DNA from: Candidatus Marinacidobacterales bacterium
Lineage (GTDB): Bacteria; Acidobacteriota; Vicinamibacteria; Marinacidobacterales; DATDRI01
Assembly: GCA_965219415.1 (NCBI GenBank)
Contig: OZ244742.1
Location: 1,376,001-1,440,000, forward strand
DNA length: 64,000 nucleotides
Reading direction: 5' to 3'
Both the position numbers and the translations under genes were made by a program. Shown here piece after piece: positions 51,253 through 61,702 of this stretch (its first letter is position 1; each line of letters starts with the position of its first letter). Under the pieces are notes generated by a model. It made no database searches. It saw only the letters and a list, made by a program, of their open reading frames with translations, and was not told the origin of the DNA.

Positions 51253-51842
51253 CGATCGGCTCCACCCATCATCGAGGGCTTCCCAGCCTGCACCGCGAGA
51301 GGAAACCGCGCCACCGCATCGTAAACGGCTCCACTCGGCTTCAACGTGCTGCGAATCAAAACCAAGTGCTCGACCCGGACAGTTCCAAAAGCCCTATCCT
51401 CGAACCCGGATCGAATTAGCCCGAGCTCCTTCTCCGGTTTCCGGAAGCGCGCGAAGGTCAGGTGCGGTTCGAAACCTCTCTCCTCGGGAGGAAATCCATG
51501 TTTCGTCACGACTCCTTCGATCTGTGCGTGCAACCCGTGGATCTCACGGGGGGGATCTTTGACCGAAGCACACAAAACCCTAGCGCGCCGAAAGTTCGGC
51601 AAGACGGTGAGGCCTCGAAATTCGAGATGCAACGGAGCAAACCGCGCCACAGTTGCCTCGAGCTCGATCGACATGTCTCTCAGGCGCTCCTCGCTGGCTT
51701 CCCCTAGAAAGCGGAGGGTCATGTGGAGATTTTCGGGAGGGACCCAACGGGCACTTTTGAGGGATTTCCGAAGCTCCGAAACGAGCAGGCGTACCGCGTC
51801 ACGCACCTCCGATGAAACTTCGACCGCGATGAAGACACGCAT
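51249..51842 (-). CDS. thpR: RNA 2',3'-cyclic phosphodiesterase
   Basis: MRVFIA, LHMTLRFLG, PHLTFAR (two HxT motifs). Confidence 0.93.
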   Translation of the reverse strand: MRVFIAVEVSSEVRDAVRLLVSELRKSLKSARWVPPENLHMTLRFLGEASEERLRDMSIELEATVARFAPLHLEFRGLTVLPNFRRARVLCASVKDPPREIHGLHAQIEGVVTKHGFPPEERGFEPHLTFARFRKPEKELGLIRSGFEDRAFGTVRVEHLVLIRSTLKPSGAVYDAVARFPLAVQAGKPSMMGGADR

Positions 51843-51873
51843 CGATCCAGACCCTTTAGCGACCGAGTCAGTA

Positions 51874-53130
51874 TTACTCGAGGATGTGCAACCGCAACAA
51901 GTTGAGCGCGGCCTGCGAGCTCCACCATTTCACTTGCGAGCGAGCGCCGGGGATCCGCAGCCGTCGCACGACGCTCACCTTTCCGTCGCTAACCGCAATG
52001 AAGACGAGCCCTACCGGCTTTTCGACGCTCCCGCCGTCAGGGCCCGCGATGCCCGTGACCGCCACCGCGAGATCGGTACCCGCTTTGTTGCGGGCCCCCT
52101 CGGCCATCGATTTCGCCACCTCTTCGCTTACCGCACCATGGGCACGAATGAGAGCGTCCGGAACGCCGAGAAGCTCGACCTTGCTCTCGTTACTGTAGGT
52201 GACGAATCCCCTTTCGACGTAGCGGGAGCTACCGGGCACCTCCGTTAGACGATGAGCGATAAGGCCTCCGGTGCAAGATTCGGCCACCGCAATGGTGAGC
52301 GATCGCTCGCTCAACAGGTGGCCCACAACTGCCTCCAAAGATTCGCCCGTCTCGCTAAAGATCTTCGTTCCTAGTACATCGCGCAGTTTGCTCGCTAATT
52401 CTTCATTCCCGGTATCCGCTTCTGTCGGAGTGCTCGCCCTGGCGGTGAGACGAATCTCGACCTGGCCCGCAGATGCCAAAATCGTGGTGCTAGGATTGTC
52501 GTATTCGCCGTAGATCGGGCCCACCTTCTGCTCTACCGAGGACTCGGGTAGTCCGGCTATAAATAGCTGTTTGGTCCGGTAAACCACGCCGCTGGCACGT
52601 TCAGCCAGCCGGGGAAGCACCTGCGATTCGAAGATCGATTGAAGCTCGTGAGGGGGACCGGGGAGAAGCACCACATCCTTCGCCCCACCTTTAATCGCCG
52701 GAGGAGTCGCCGTGATCCAAAGGCCGGGCGCGGTGCCGACATCGTTTGCCAGAACCTTCGCACCTTCTGGTACCAGCGCCTGCTTTCGATTGACCTCGGC
52801 CATGGTGAATCCGCGTCGTTCGAACCGAAGGCGAATGCCCTCGAGCACGACTTCATCGAGATCCATGGCGAGACCGAGAGCATCCGCGAAACCCTCTCGA
52901 GTCACGTCGTCGGAAGTCGGGCCGAGACCCCCAGTAGCGACTACGAGGTCGGCGCGGGCCAGCGCTTGCCGAGCCGCTTCGGCGATGGCGTCCCGATCGT
53001 CTCCGACCGTGGCGCGAAAGACTACCGGGATACCCGCCGAGGCCAGTCGTTCGATCAAGTAAGCCGAGTTCGTGTCGTTGCTCCCCGGCGTCAGGAGCTC
53101 ACTCCCAACGATTAGAAGCTGAGCGTTCAA
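51874..53130 (-). CDS. cinA: Competence/damage-inducible protein CinA (with NMN deamidase domain)
   Basis: VGSELL..DTN, GGLGPTSDDVT, LPGPPHEL, AESCTGG, TGIAGPDGG. Confidence 0.94.
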   Translation of the reverse strand: MNAQLLIVGSELLTPGSNDTNSAYLIERLASAGIPVVFRATVGDDRDAIAEAARQALARADLVVATGGLGPTSDDVTREGFADALGLAMDLDEVVLEGIRLRFERRGFTMAEVNRKQALVPEGAKVLANDVGTAPGLWITATPPAIKGGAKDVVLLPGPPHELQSIFESQVLPRLAERASGVVYRTKQLFIAGLPESSVEQKVGPIYGEYDNPSTTILASAGQVEIRLTARASTPTEADTGNEELASKLRDVLGTKIFSETGESLEAVVGHLLSERSLTIAVAESCTGGLIAHRLTEVPGSSRYVERGFVTYSNESKVELLGVPDALIRAHGAVSEEVAKSMAEGARNKAGTDLAVAVTGIAGPDGGSVEKPVGLVFIAVSDGKVSVVRRLRIPGARSQVKWWSSQAALNLLRLHILE

Positions 53131-53141
53131 CCAGTCTCCGT

Positions 53142-53624
53142 TCAGCTCGCGATGACAAGTGCTGGCCAAACCACGCTCGCTAGCCGCAACACGATGTTTG
53201 CGTAAACCCCCGCGATCAGATCGTCCGCCATGATCCCCAATCCTCCATGAAGCCCTTCGGCTCGACGACAAGGAAACGGCTTGATGATGTCGAACAAACG
53301 GAAAAGGAGGAACCCTACCAATAGACCGATCCAGCTCACCGGAATCAGAAAGAGGGACAGGAGCATTCCGGCTATTTCGTCGACCACCACCGCGGAGGGA
53401 TCTTTCTTGGCGAAGTGCTTCTCCGCCACGTTAGACGCCAACACGCCGGCCACGGAAAAAAACGCCACCGCGAGTCCGTAGACGATATTGGATTCAGTCA
53501 GGCGCAACCCACGATCGATAAGGATCGCCAACGCGGATCCGGCGGTCCCCGGAGCGATCGGAGAAAACCCAACGTACGCGCCGGTTGCCAGAAAAACCGC
53601 CGCTCCCCGTGATATCGAGCTCAT
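53142..53624 (-). CDS. pgpA: Phosphatidylglycerophosphatase A
   Basis: APGTAGS, DPSAVVVDE, FRLFDIIKPFP, GIMADD. Confidence 0.94.
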   Translation of the reverse strand: MSSISRGAAVFLATGAYVGFSPIAPGTAGSALAILIDRGLRLTESNIVYGLAVAFFSVAGVLASNVAEKHFAKKDPSAVVVDEIAGMLLSLFLIPVSWIGLLVGFLLFRLFDIIKPFPCRRAEGLHGGLGIMADDLIAGVYANIVLRLASVVWPALVIAS

Positions 53625-53678
53625 TTTCTTGCCTCCAGATTAGGCTTGCTGGGATCGGGTTGCAAACTAGTCAGCTCG

Positions 53679-55475
53679 TCAACTGGTCGACATGTCAGGC
53701 TTTCCGTTTCCGTCTGCTTCGGACTCTGGTAGCTCCGGCCGAACCCTAATCGTTCGGTATTGACCAATGCGAACCGTTCCAGGAGGGGCCGCTGGTATCT
53801 TCCTTACGTTTTTCCGAGGACAGTAGTGAACTTCCACCGCAGTGGAACCGCGGCCTTTGCTCAGATACGCAGCCACCGCCGCCGCTTGCTCGATCTGTTC
53901 GCCCTCGGAGATTCCACTCGTCGGCCGGCGCAACACGACGTGTGCCCCCGCCATCCCTGCGGCGTGAAACCAAAGCTCGTCTGGACGAGCGATCCCGAAC
54001 GTCAGCTCTTCGTTGGATCGTGCCGAACGCCCGGCCAGGACGATCGCCCCTCCCGGTAGTCGAAAACGTCGCGGCTCGAGCCTGCCTTCGGAGCGCGTCC
54101 GCTTCACTCGACCTTTGGGCGTTCCGGCCACCGGTCGCGTCGAGCGCGACAATCCAAGCAGGCCCGCCTCACGCATCTCCTGCACCAGCAGCGCGAGGGC
54201 GTCGCCCCCGGCCGCGTCTCGGAGGCCGAGTTCGAGTGTCTCCAAGTAGTCAATCTCCCCCGTCGTCTTTCCGATGCGTTTGTCTAGCGAGGCTCGGCTC
54301 CGCTCCGTTTTGCGAGCACGGCCGAAGTAGCGACGTGCGTTCCGCGGCAGATCGAAACGGGGATCGACGGGGACTCGCACCATCGGTAGATCCGGGTGAT
54401 AGGGGTCGGGAACGATGACTTCTCCGTCGGCACGCTGCGCCTGGTGGAGACCGGCAAGCAGCAGCTCACCCCAACGCCTAAGCTGATCTGGATCCTGAAG
54501 GCTGTCTCGCTCCCGTTCCAAACGATCTTTCAGTTTCCCGACTTTCTTCATCCGGCGCCTTAGGGCACCCATCCCTTCGAGGTAAAGGCGGCGCGCGGTA
54601 CCGAGTTCGAAGGATTGCGTGACGAAGGCCGCCGCCGTTTCGTTGCAATCCGAGAATTGGCTCGCCGATCGCCCGGTTTGAGACGATAGCGAAATCGGAG
54701 ATACCACCAGCGACGGTGCGTTTCGCTCGAAATCATGGGAAGAAGGGGAAAAAAGCATCGGGTGAGGAGCTACACTTAATTTCTCGACGATCTCTGCGAA
54801 GGCCGACTCAAGAGAGGCTCCGTCGTCAACCATGGCATTCATCTCCCTGACCAACATCGGGCTGAGCCCGCTCGCGCAACTAAGCGCGCGAGATTCTTTG
54901 AGGCCTTGACTCCGCGCCTCCGCCAGTCGCTCGGCGAAATCCTCGGGGCTGGTCGCGACGGGTCGCGATCCGGGAGGCGGTTCGAGACTTTTGAAGGTCT
55001 CGCCCGAGACCAGGCGCGGTGTGCCCGGGCTGACGACCTCCAGTACTTCGCGACTCTCGGAATCCACGAGAAACGCACCGGTTCTGGTCCCCGGCCACTC
55101 AAGAATCAACTTGAGGGTCCGTTCGGCTCCACTCGCTTTCGTGTACTGCCAATCGAGCGTCACTACCCGATCCAGGGATGCAGCTTCGATGTGTATCACG
55201 GAGGCTCCGGCGAGAAGTTTTTTGAATCGAGCCTGCCCAACTTGACGGACCTGACCGAGCCGACCGGCCGTTCCATCCGGGCGCCCCGGTGGTCGTCCCA
55301 GGTAGAAGCCAGGCGCTTGCGGCGAGAGGCCCACCACGAGATCGCGGCCGCGCTTTGTCCCAAGTTGGATCGTGAAGCCCAAGCCGGCATCCCAGGGATT
55401 GTGACTTCTTGCGCGCCGTCCGACCAGTTGGGGCGCCACCTCGCGCACCAACGCTCTCAAGAAGAAACGGTCCAT
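53679..55475 (-). CDS. NFACT/RqcH (FbpA-like) ribosome quality-control factor
   Basis: ASLDRVV, NARRYF, GRSARSNEELT, WFHAAGMAGAHVV, AAAVAAYLSK. Confidence 0.88.
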   Translation of the reverse strand: MDRFFLRALVREVAPQLVGRRARSHNPWDAGLGFTIQLGTKRGRDLVVGLSPQAPGFYLGRPPGRPDGTAGRLGQVRQVGQARFKKLLAGASVIHIEAASLDRVVTLDWQYTKASGAERTLKLILEWPGTRTGAFLVDSESREVLEVVSPGTPRLVSGETFKSLEPPPGSRPVATSPEDFAERLAEARSQGLKESRALSCASGLSPMLVREMNAMVDDGASLESAFAEIVEKLSVAPHPMLFSPSSHDFERNAPSLVVSPISLSSQTGRSASQFSDCNETAAAFVTQSFELGTARRLYLEGMGALRRRMKKVGKLKDRLERERDSLQDPDQLRRWGELLLAGLHQAQRADGEVIVPDPYHPDLPMVRVPVDPRFDLPRNARRYFGRARKTERSRASLDKRIGKTTGEIDYLETLELGLRDAAGGDALALLVQEMREAGLLGLSRSTRPVAGTPKGRVKRTRSEGRLEPRRFRLPGGAIVLAGRSARSNEELTFGIARPDELWFHAAGMAGAHVVLRRPTSGISEGEQIEQAAAVAAYLSKGRGSTAVEVHYCPRKNVRKIPAAPPGTVRIGQYRTIRVRPELPESEADGNGKPDMSTS

Positions 55476-55517
55476 AGCTCGTGAGGAATGTAGTGAAGAA
55501 CCGGAACGTGGAGCCGG

Positions 55518-56597
55518 TCAGATGCGAACGACCTTGGTGGAAGCGAGTCGATCGTGCCAAGCACGTCTTCCGATGTCGCTCCACAACCCAACAAACCCGG
55601 CGCCGAGCGGAAGTATCGAGAGGCCTACGCCCAAGGTTCTAACAAAGGCTCGCCCGAAACCGAGAGGCTGGCCAAGCGGATCCACCACCCGCGAGCTGGT
55701 CAACAGTTTCCCCATCGTTTGCCCGGAAAGACTCCAAAAAAATAAGAAATACCCCGCCGCCAAAAGGAATCCAACACAGCCCAAGGCGGCAACCGCCGGT
55801 CCGGGCAGCGCTCTTAGAGGTTGACCGACGAGATTCGTCGATAGGTAGGCCAATCCCAGAAGGAGCAGGCTGAGGAAACCGACATCGATGAAGCCGGCCA
55901 AGAGCCTTTCGGCGGGTGAAGCAAGCTCGAAGTGCTCAATCGTGTCGCTGCCGATGCTGGGCCGACGCGACAGTCTGATCTCGCCCGGGTCTTGAGGCAC
56001 CATTGGAGCATCGGGCAGCTCCACGTCCAACGTCGCGGCGGCGGAGGAGGTGGATCCGCCTAGCCGGTCAGGCTGTTCAGCTTGCCTAGCCGGCCCCTCC
56101 CCCGCGTGGATCCCCACCTCACCCGCGTCGACCATGGCCCGGACCCGGTTTCTGGGTTGCGAGAGTTTCTGCTCGACGCGGGCACGAATCTCCGCCCTCC
56201 GCTGGCGAACGCGGTCCTTTTGTTGATCGGCCTCACTGACCGACCCGCTTCGGCCGGCGTCATTTGTCTCGCCGAAGATGGTCAGCTGTCGTGCGACTTG
56301 CTCTCGCTGAGCTTGCTGCTGCTTGCGAAGCTCCTTCCGCCGTTGGACCGTCTCTCGGATTTGCTGGCGCCAATCAGAATCAATGTGCTCGGCAGGATCG
56401 GCAACGTGTCCCGGCTGCTCCGCATAGGCTGGCCTCATGGGCTGCATCGTGTGGACCGACGGTCTGGCTTCCCTTGCGGGTCGAGTCCTCTCGACGTGGC
56501 CGACATGGCCCAGATGAGCCACCCGGCTCGGAGATCCGCACTGAGGACATACACCCTTTGCAGGGTCGATCTCGGATTGACATCTCGGACAGGTCAA
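55518..56597 (-). CDS. Zinc-ribbon plus RDD-family membrane protein
   Basis: CPRC...CPQC; RLLAGFID...GQTMGK...RRAWHDRLASTKVV. Confidence 0.85.
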   Translation of the reverse strand: MTCPRCQSEIDPAKGVCPQCGSPSRVAHLGHVGHVERTRPAREARPSVHTMQPMRPAYAEQPGHVADPAEHIDSDWRQQIRETVQRRKELRKQQQAQREQVARQLTIFGETNDAGRSGSVSEADQQKDRVRQRRAEIRARVEQKLSQPRNRVRAMVDAGEVGIHAGEGPARQAEQPDRLGGSTSSAAATLDVELPDAPMVPQDPGEIRLSRRPSIGSDTIEHFELASPAERLLAGFIDVGFLSLLLLGLAYLSTNLVGQPLRALPGPAVAALGCVGFLLAAGYFLFFWSLSGQTMGKLLTSSRVVDPLGQPLGFGRAFVRTLGVGLSILPLGAGFVGLWSDIGRRAWHDRLASTKVVRI

Positions 56598-56598
56598 A

Positions 56599-57621
56599 TC
56601 ACTCTCCTTTGGGGCTTCGGACAATCTGAACAAGGGGTTCCGCCGTGACGGAGCCTCGCAGCAACCGTTCTTCAATCCTGAGGATGAGACTTCGCGCTTC
56701 TTCGAAGTTGGGGCTCCCCCGTTCTACTCGAGCAAGCTCGCCCAGAGCTTCGCGGTAGAAGCCTTTCCCATGAAGCCGAGCTCCGTTGAAGTAGTGAAGC
56801 TCCGACAGCGCCGGCAGGCTCGGCAGAGCTCGGGGATCGGCTGGCCCGGAGTTCGGCGGCGCGTTGGGTCCCGAGCCGAGTGAGGTCGAGCCTAGGCCAT
56901 CGCTCACCAGGAAGTCCCAATTCAGATGCAGATAGAGTGCCCCTGCGGCGAACAGACAAAGTGCGCTGAACAGGAAAGCCGCCATCTTGAGGGGCGATGC
57001 GGGCTCGGCCTCGATTGCGGGCTTGACCACTACCCGCCTACGCCGGCTCTTTTCGATCTCGCCGTCTTCCGGTGGCTTCCCGGCAACCGTCCCGGCGCGG
57101 GCCTCGCCACGTCGCTCTTGTTCTTCTATCTTCTCTAACAGACTGCGCCCCTCCGCGTGGCGTGGGTCGAGGGACAATACTTTGGTGAGTCGCTGCTGTG
57201 CTCCGCGCCGATCCCCGGTGGCCTCGCGCCGAGCCGCTTCCAGCACCAAGGCATCCAGCTCTCGCTGTCGTTCTGCGATCACTCGCTTTGCTCTACCTAT
57301 GGCGTCACGAGCCGCCCGGTTGTTCCGATCTAAGAAAAGTATGCGAGTCCATACGTGAATGGCCTGCTGGAGGCGCCCATGGCGGAAGAGGTCCCGCCCC
57401 TGCTGGAGGAGTCCGCCTATCTTGTGCTGCGCCTCATGACGGTCGGGAGTAGCCTTCTCGTCTGGCTCGTGAAGATTGTCAGGCTCGTCAAGATTGTCAG
57501 GCCGATCCGGTCCGCTCAGAACGCTATCGTCTCCACCGACGCCGTCACTCCTGGCACTATTCGCGGGATCGCTAGGTGCGGAGCCGCCGCTGAAACGAGC
57601 CCCACCATCGTTGTTTTTCAT
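56599..57621 (-). CDS. TPR-containing single-TM hypothetical protein
   Basis: QQAIHVWTRILFLD TPR; TM AAFLFSALCLFAAGALYL; short PDNL(D/H)E repeat. Confidence 0.7.
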   Translation of the reverse strand: MKNNDGGARFSGGSAPSDPANSARSDGVGGDDSVLSGPDRPDNLDEPDNLHEPDEKATPDRHEAQHKIGGLLQQGRDLFRHGRLQQAIHVWTRILFLDRNNRAARDAIGRAKRVIAERQRELDALVLEAARREATGDRRGAQQRLTKVLSLDPRHAEGRSLLEKIEEQERRGEARAGTVAGKPPEDGEIEKSRRRRVVVKPAIEAEPASPLKMAAFLFSALCLFAAGALYLHLNWDFLVSDGLGSTSLGSGPNAPPNSGPADPRALPSLPALSELHYFNGARLHGKGFYREALGELARVERGSPNFEEARSLILRIEERLLRGSVTAEPLVQIVRSPKGE

Positions 57622-57642
57622 CGACTCCGCTCTAGAGTGCCA

Positions 57643-57753
57643 CTAAGTGCCTTCAACCTCTTCATCGGGCGCCATCGCGGAACACCGGGGGCACCAGACG
57701 TAGGTAATCCCACCCCAGCTTTTCTGACTGGGGGACCGATCCGCGACCACCAT
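57643..57753 (-). CDS. Possible 36-aa small protein with CxxC
   Basis: MVVADRSPSQKSWGGITYVWCPRCSAMAPDEEVEGT*; SD-like GGGGTAGG upstream; ends 21 nt before the next ATG. Confidence 0.3.
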   Translation of the reverse strand: MVVADRSPSQKSWGGITYVWCPRCSAMAPDEEVEGT

Positions 57754-58068
57754 GATACACCTACCCCATTGTGATAATGATACATACAACAGTAAGTGCA
57801 TCTAGGTCAAGCACTTTTGCGGACGACTCCGAGGAGAGGACCGACTCCAACTCCCCTCCCGCGGGCCAGGGCTGCCCCCCAGGCGGAGCCGACATGACGC
57901 GCTCGATCGACTTTGGAGGGCACAAACTGCTCGACAGCCGAACTCGGAAACCAACGGGGAAGTAAAGACTATTCCCGTCCCGAGCGTCTAGTGCGGCTCC
58001 AACTAGACTCGCGGCACCAACAGAGACCTTGGCCAATCGCGCTTTGGGCGAATCAGGTGGATACGGCA

Positions 58069-59445
58069 CTAGCCGTCATCCTCGGTCTTGTACGGGGCGA
58101 TGCCGTACGACTTCATCTTTCGATACAGATGGGAGCGCTCGAGCCTGAGGGCCTCCGCGGCCTTCGAGACATTCCCGGCGTTCTCGCGTAGCTTTCGTTG
58201 AATGTATTGGCTCTCATACGCTTCTCGCGCAGCGGCTAGCGAAGGAAAATCCCCGTGCAAATCGAAATGTGACGGACCGTTCTGCTGTAGAGGCGTCGGG
58301 AGATCCTTCGTCTCGATGCGTTCCGACGGGACCATGATCACCAGCCGCTCGATGACGTTCTTCAGCTCTCGCACGTTGCCTGGCCAATGGTAGCCCACCA
58401 AACGTTCTAGGGCGGCCGATGCGATCTCTTTCCGCCTTTTGCCGTTCTCGTCGGAGAACTCGGCGACGAAGTGACGCGCAAGGGCGGGAATATCTTCACG
58501 TCGCTCCCGGAGCGGTGCCATTTGGAATGGGATCACGTTCAGCCGAAAGAACAGGTCTTCGCGGAAACGACCCTCCTTGATTTCCTCTTCCAGCTTCTTG
58601 TTGGTGGCGGCGATCACGCGGCAATCGACCTCGACAAAATGTGTGCCACCAACCCGCTCGAATTTTTGCTCCTGCAACACACGAAGTACTTTGGCCTGCG
58701 TTTTCAAACTCATGTCACCGACTTCGTCTAAGAACAAGGTCCCGCCATCGGCCAGCTCGAACTTCCCGTTCCTGTCGCTTACCGCACCCGTGAAAGCACC
58801 TTTAACGTGTCCAAAGAGCTCACTCTCAATCAGCTCCTCCGGGATAGCGGCGCAGTTGACCTCCATGAATTTTTGATCAGCGCGCAACGACTGGCTGTGA
58901 ATAGAGCGGGCGACCAACTCCTTCCCAGTTCCGTTCTCGCCGAAGATCAGCACGCGGCCGTTGGTGGGCGCGGCGAGCGAAATCTCCCGTCTGAGCTCGC
59001 GCATAGGAGGGCTATCACCGATGAGAACGTGTTTGCTCTCGAATCGCTCCCGCAAGTAACGGTTCTCTTGCTCCAAACTGCGATGCTTGAGTGCATTCTT
59101 GATGACGATGACCGTCTTCTCCAATGACAGAGGCTTCTCGACGAAATCGTAGGCCCCTAGTTTGATGGCCTTCACAGCCGTCTCGATAGTTCCGTGACCG
59201 GAGATCATGACCGTCGCGACGTCCCGCCTCTTCTCGCTAATCTTCTCGAGCGCCTCCACACCGTCCATCTGGGGGAGCCAAACATCCAGGATGACTAGAT
59301 CGAAAGAATCTTTTTCCAGGTGGGCTAGCCCCTCCTCGGCACTGGAAACCGTATCCACACTGTAGCCTTCGTCCTCCAAGACGCCTTTCAAGGAGCTGCG
59401 GACCCCGGCCTCGTCGTCCACGACCAAGATGCGTTCCCTAGCCAT
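58069..59445 (-). CDS. ntrX: Sigma54-dependent response regulator, NtrX-like
   Basis: REC (LDVWLP), GENGTGKE, GAFTGA, WPGNVREL, HTH LERSHLYRK. Confidence 0.9.
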   Translation of the reverse strand: MARERILVVDDEAGVRSSLKGVLEDEGYSVDTVSSAEEGLAHLEKDSFDLVILDVWLPQMDGVEALEKISEKRRDVATVMISGHGTIETAVKAIKLGAYDFVEKPLSLEKTVIVIKNALKHRSLEQENRYLRERFESKHVLIGDSPPMRELRREISLAAPTNGRVLIFGENGTGKELVARSIHSQSLRADQKFMEVNCAAIPEELIESELFGHVKGAFTGAVSDRNGKFELADGGTLFLDEVGDMSLKTQAKVLRVLQEQKFERVGGTHFVEVDCRVIAATNKKLEEEIKEGRFREDLFFRLNVIPFQMAPLRERREDIPALARHFVAEFSDENGKRRKEIASAALERLVGYHWPGNVRELKNVIERLVIMVPSERIETKDLPTPLQQNGPSHFDLHGDFPSLAAAREAYESQYIQRKLRENAGNVSKAAEALRLERSHLYRKMKSYGIAPYKTEDDG

Positions 59446-59448
59446 CGA

Positions 59449-61689
59449 TCAGGTGACGGCGCCGACCGGACGTTCGGCGATGGGGAACTCGAGAATGAAA
59501 CGGGAGCCACAGGGCTCGTTGTTTTCCACCCGGATCCGCCCTCGGTGCTCGGCTACGATGCGGCTCACAATGGCCAAGCCCAGACCGCTTCCGCGACGCT
59601 TGGTTGAGTAATAAGGGACGAACAACTTGTCGCGAGCCTCGATAGGAATGCCTGGGCCGTCGTCTGCGATCTCGACGAGGACGACATGGGCCTCTGCATC
59701 GTATGAGGTAGCGACCAACACGTGCCCCTTGCCGGAGGTGGCCTCGATGGCATTGTCGATGATGTTGATGAACACCCGACGGATAAGGTCGGGATCCAAG
59801 CTCACCTCGGGGAGGTCGAGCGCGAAGCGCTTCTCGATGGTGAGCCCTTTGAACAAACCGTCGTACAACTCGAGCGTTGCGTGCAATAGTGGCTGGAGCG
59901 GTTGGCGTCGCGTCGAGACCGTCGGCATTCGCGCAAACTGCGAGAATTCATCGACCAAGCTCTTGAGCGAGTCGACCTCCTCGATGATCGTCCCCGTGCA
60001 CTCCTCAACGATTCGGGGAAGCTCGGCCGTCTTGGAACGAACGTGCTTGCGGATTCGTTGCGCGGAGAGCTGAATCGGAGTCAGCGGGTTCTTGATCTCG
60101 TGGGCCAACCGTCGCGCCACCTCCCGCCAAGCTGCCACTTTCTGCGCACGTAGGAGCTGCGTCAGGTCATCCAGCACCATGAGGAGTCCAGTCGGCTCGC
60201 CGGAAGCCCCAGTAAGCGTCGTCAGATAAACCGCGAGATGAAGCTCTCGGCCGCCCACGACGACATTCACTTCCTCTTCCCGGGCACGGTGACCGTCGCC
60301 CTCCATTCCTTCCATCAAGGGTTGAAGCTCGGTGAGCCCCTCCCCACCGAACACATCGCGGTGGTGCCGCCCCACGACGTTCTCATCGAGCTCTAACATT
60401 CGGAGCGCCGCAGGGTTAACGGTGGTCAAGATTCCGTCTCGGTTCATCGACACGATTCCGGTGGTGATATTCTCTAGCACGGTCTCGATGTACCGCCGGC
60501 GTCGTTCGACTTCGGAGTTTTTGACCCGGAGATCGTGGCCCGACTTTTCCAATCGTTCCTGACTGGCCTTGAGCTGCGCAGTCATCTTATTGAAAGACTC
60601 CATGAGCATCCCGAGCTCGTCCACCGCGGGTCCTGATACCGGATGGTCCAAGTCGCCAGCCATGATCCGTTCCGTCGCTTCGGCCAGCTCGCGTACCGGC
60701 ACGGTAATACGCTTAGCCAAGTAGAGGCCGATCCAGGTCGACGAAAAGAGAACCAATAGCGAGACCATGACGAAAAAGGACAGGAACAAATCTTGGATCG
60801 GTTCTTTCTGTGCTTCCGCTTGACGGTAATCGTTGGCGCGATCGTTGACAAGGTTCAACGTGGTGGCTAACGACTTCGGAATGTAGTGAGAGACTACTAC
60901 CGCGCCGACCACCTCTTCGGTCCAGGCTCCGTAAATCGGTGACACGTAGCGAACGAGCGCCCCGCCCCCGAGCGCATCCTGGTGCAATCTCTCTTCCCCG
61001 CGGAATCCGATCTCTGCCAAACGAATCGAAGAGTCGGGATTGTAATCACTCAATGGAAGCCCCGGATGCACCAGGGTGGCGAGCTCGCCTTCCACGGAGA
61101 AGACATTGATCATATCCAAGCGGTATTGAGTTAACCGGCTCTCCATCGTTTGAAAGAGCTGACGCACCCTATTGGGTGAAAGCAAGCCCCGGCGTGATGT
61201 CTCGTTGGAGAGTTTACGCGCATAGAACGTCGCGCTTTCCTGCTTTTCGCGGTAGTAACTTTCCACGACGTCCTGAGAACCCAACAAGACGGTTTCTACG
61301 GGCTGGTTGAACCAAAGTTCCACACTGGTGGAAATAAGTCGGCTCCCGACCAGAATGATCAATGCGGACGGAAAAAGCGCAAAGCCGACGAAGATCATCA
61401 CCAGCTTGGTCTTGAATTTGGCTCCCAGTACTGCGCGACGCCTCTCGATGAAGAGCTTGATGAGGTTTCTGGCCAAAACGAAAACCAGAACTAGCAACAT
61501 GGTGAGATTTACCACCGTGAAACCGTACAGAAACACGCGTGCTAGGAAACTGGGTGAAAAGGACTGTGATTTCCCAATCAGGTAGGTACTAACAATGGGT
61601 ATGGCGGCTAGCAGAGCCACCGCAGCCGTGAGTAGGCGCGGGTTGTCCTTGAACTCCTTCTTGCCGGTGGGTGGGCCAAGGCTCGCCAT
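59449..61689 (-). CDS. ntrY: HAMP-PAS sensor histidine kinase, NtrY-like
   Basis: AQKVAAWREVARRLAHEIKNPLTPIQLSAQR. Confidence 0.9.
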   Translation of the reverse strand: MASLGPPTGKKEFKDNPRLLTAAVALLAAIPIVSTYLIGKSQSFSPSFLARVFLYGFTVVNLTMLLVLVFVLARNLIKLFIERRRAVLGAKFKTKLVMIFVGFALFPSALIILVGSRLISTSVELWFNQPVETVLLGSQDVVESYYREKQESATFYARKLSNETSRRGLLSPNRVRQLFQTMESRLTQYRLDMINVFSVEGELATLVHPGLPLSDYNPDSSIRLAEIGFRGEERLHQDALGGGALVRYVSPIYGAWTEEVVGAVVVSHYIPKSLATTLNLVNDRANDYRQAEAQKEPIQDLFLSFFVMVSLLVLFSSTWIGLYLAKRITVPVRELAEATERIMAGDLDHPVSGPAVDELGMLMESFNKMTAQLKASQERLEKSGHDLRVKNSEVERRRRYIETVLENITTGIVSMNRDGILTTVNPAALRMLELDENVVGRHHRDVFGGEGLTELQPLMEGMEGDGHRAREEEVNVVVGGRELHLAVYLTTLTGASGEPTGLLMVLDDLTQLLRAQKVAAWREVARRLAHEIKNPLTPIQLSAQRIRKHVRSKTAELPRIVEECTGTIIEEVDSLKSLVDEFSQFARMPTVSTRRQPLQPLLHATLELYDGLFKGLTIEKRFALDLPEVSLDPDLIRRVFINIIDNAIEATSGKGHVLVATSYDAEAHVVLVEIADDGPGIPIEARDKLFVPYYSTKRRGSGLGLAIVSRIVAEHRGRIRVENNEPCGSRFILEFPIAERPVGAVT

Positions 61690-61702
61690 GGTCGCGGGTC
61701 GA

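Noticed and set aside
57455-57505. 18-bp repeat encoding PDNL(D/H)E
   Set aside because: Short duplication in a disordered N-terminus; unremarkable.
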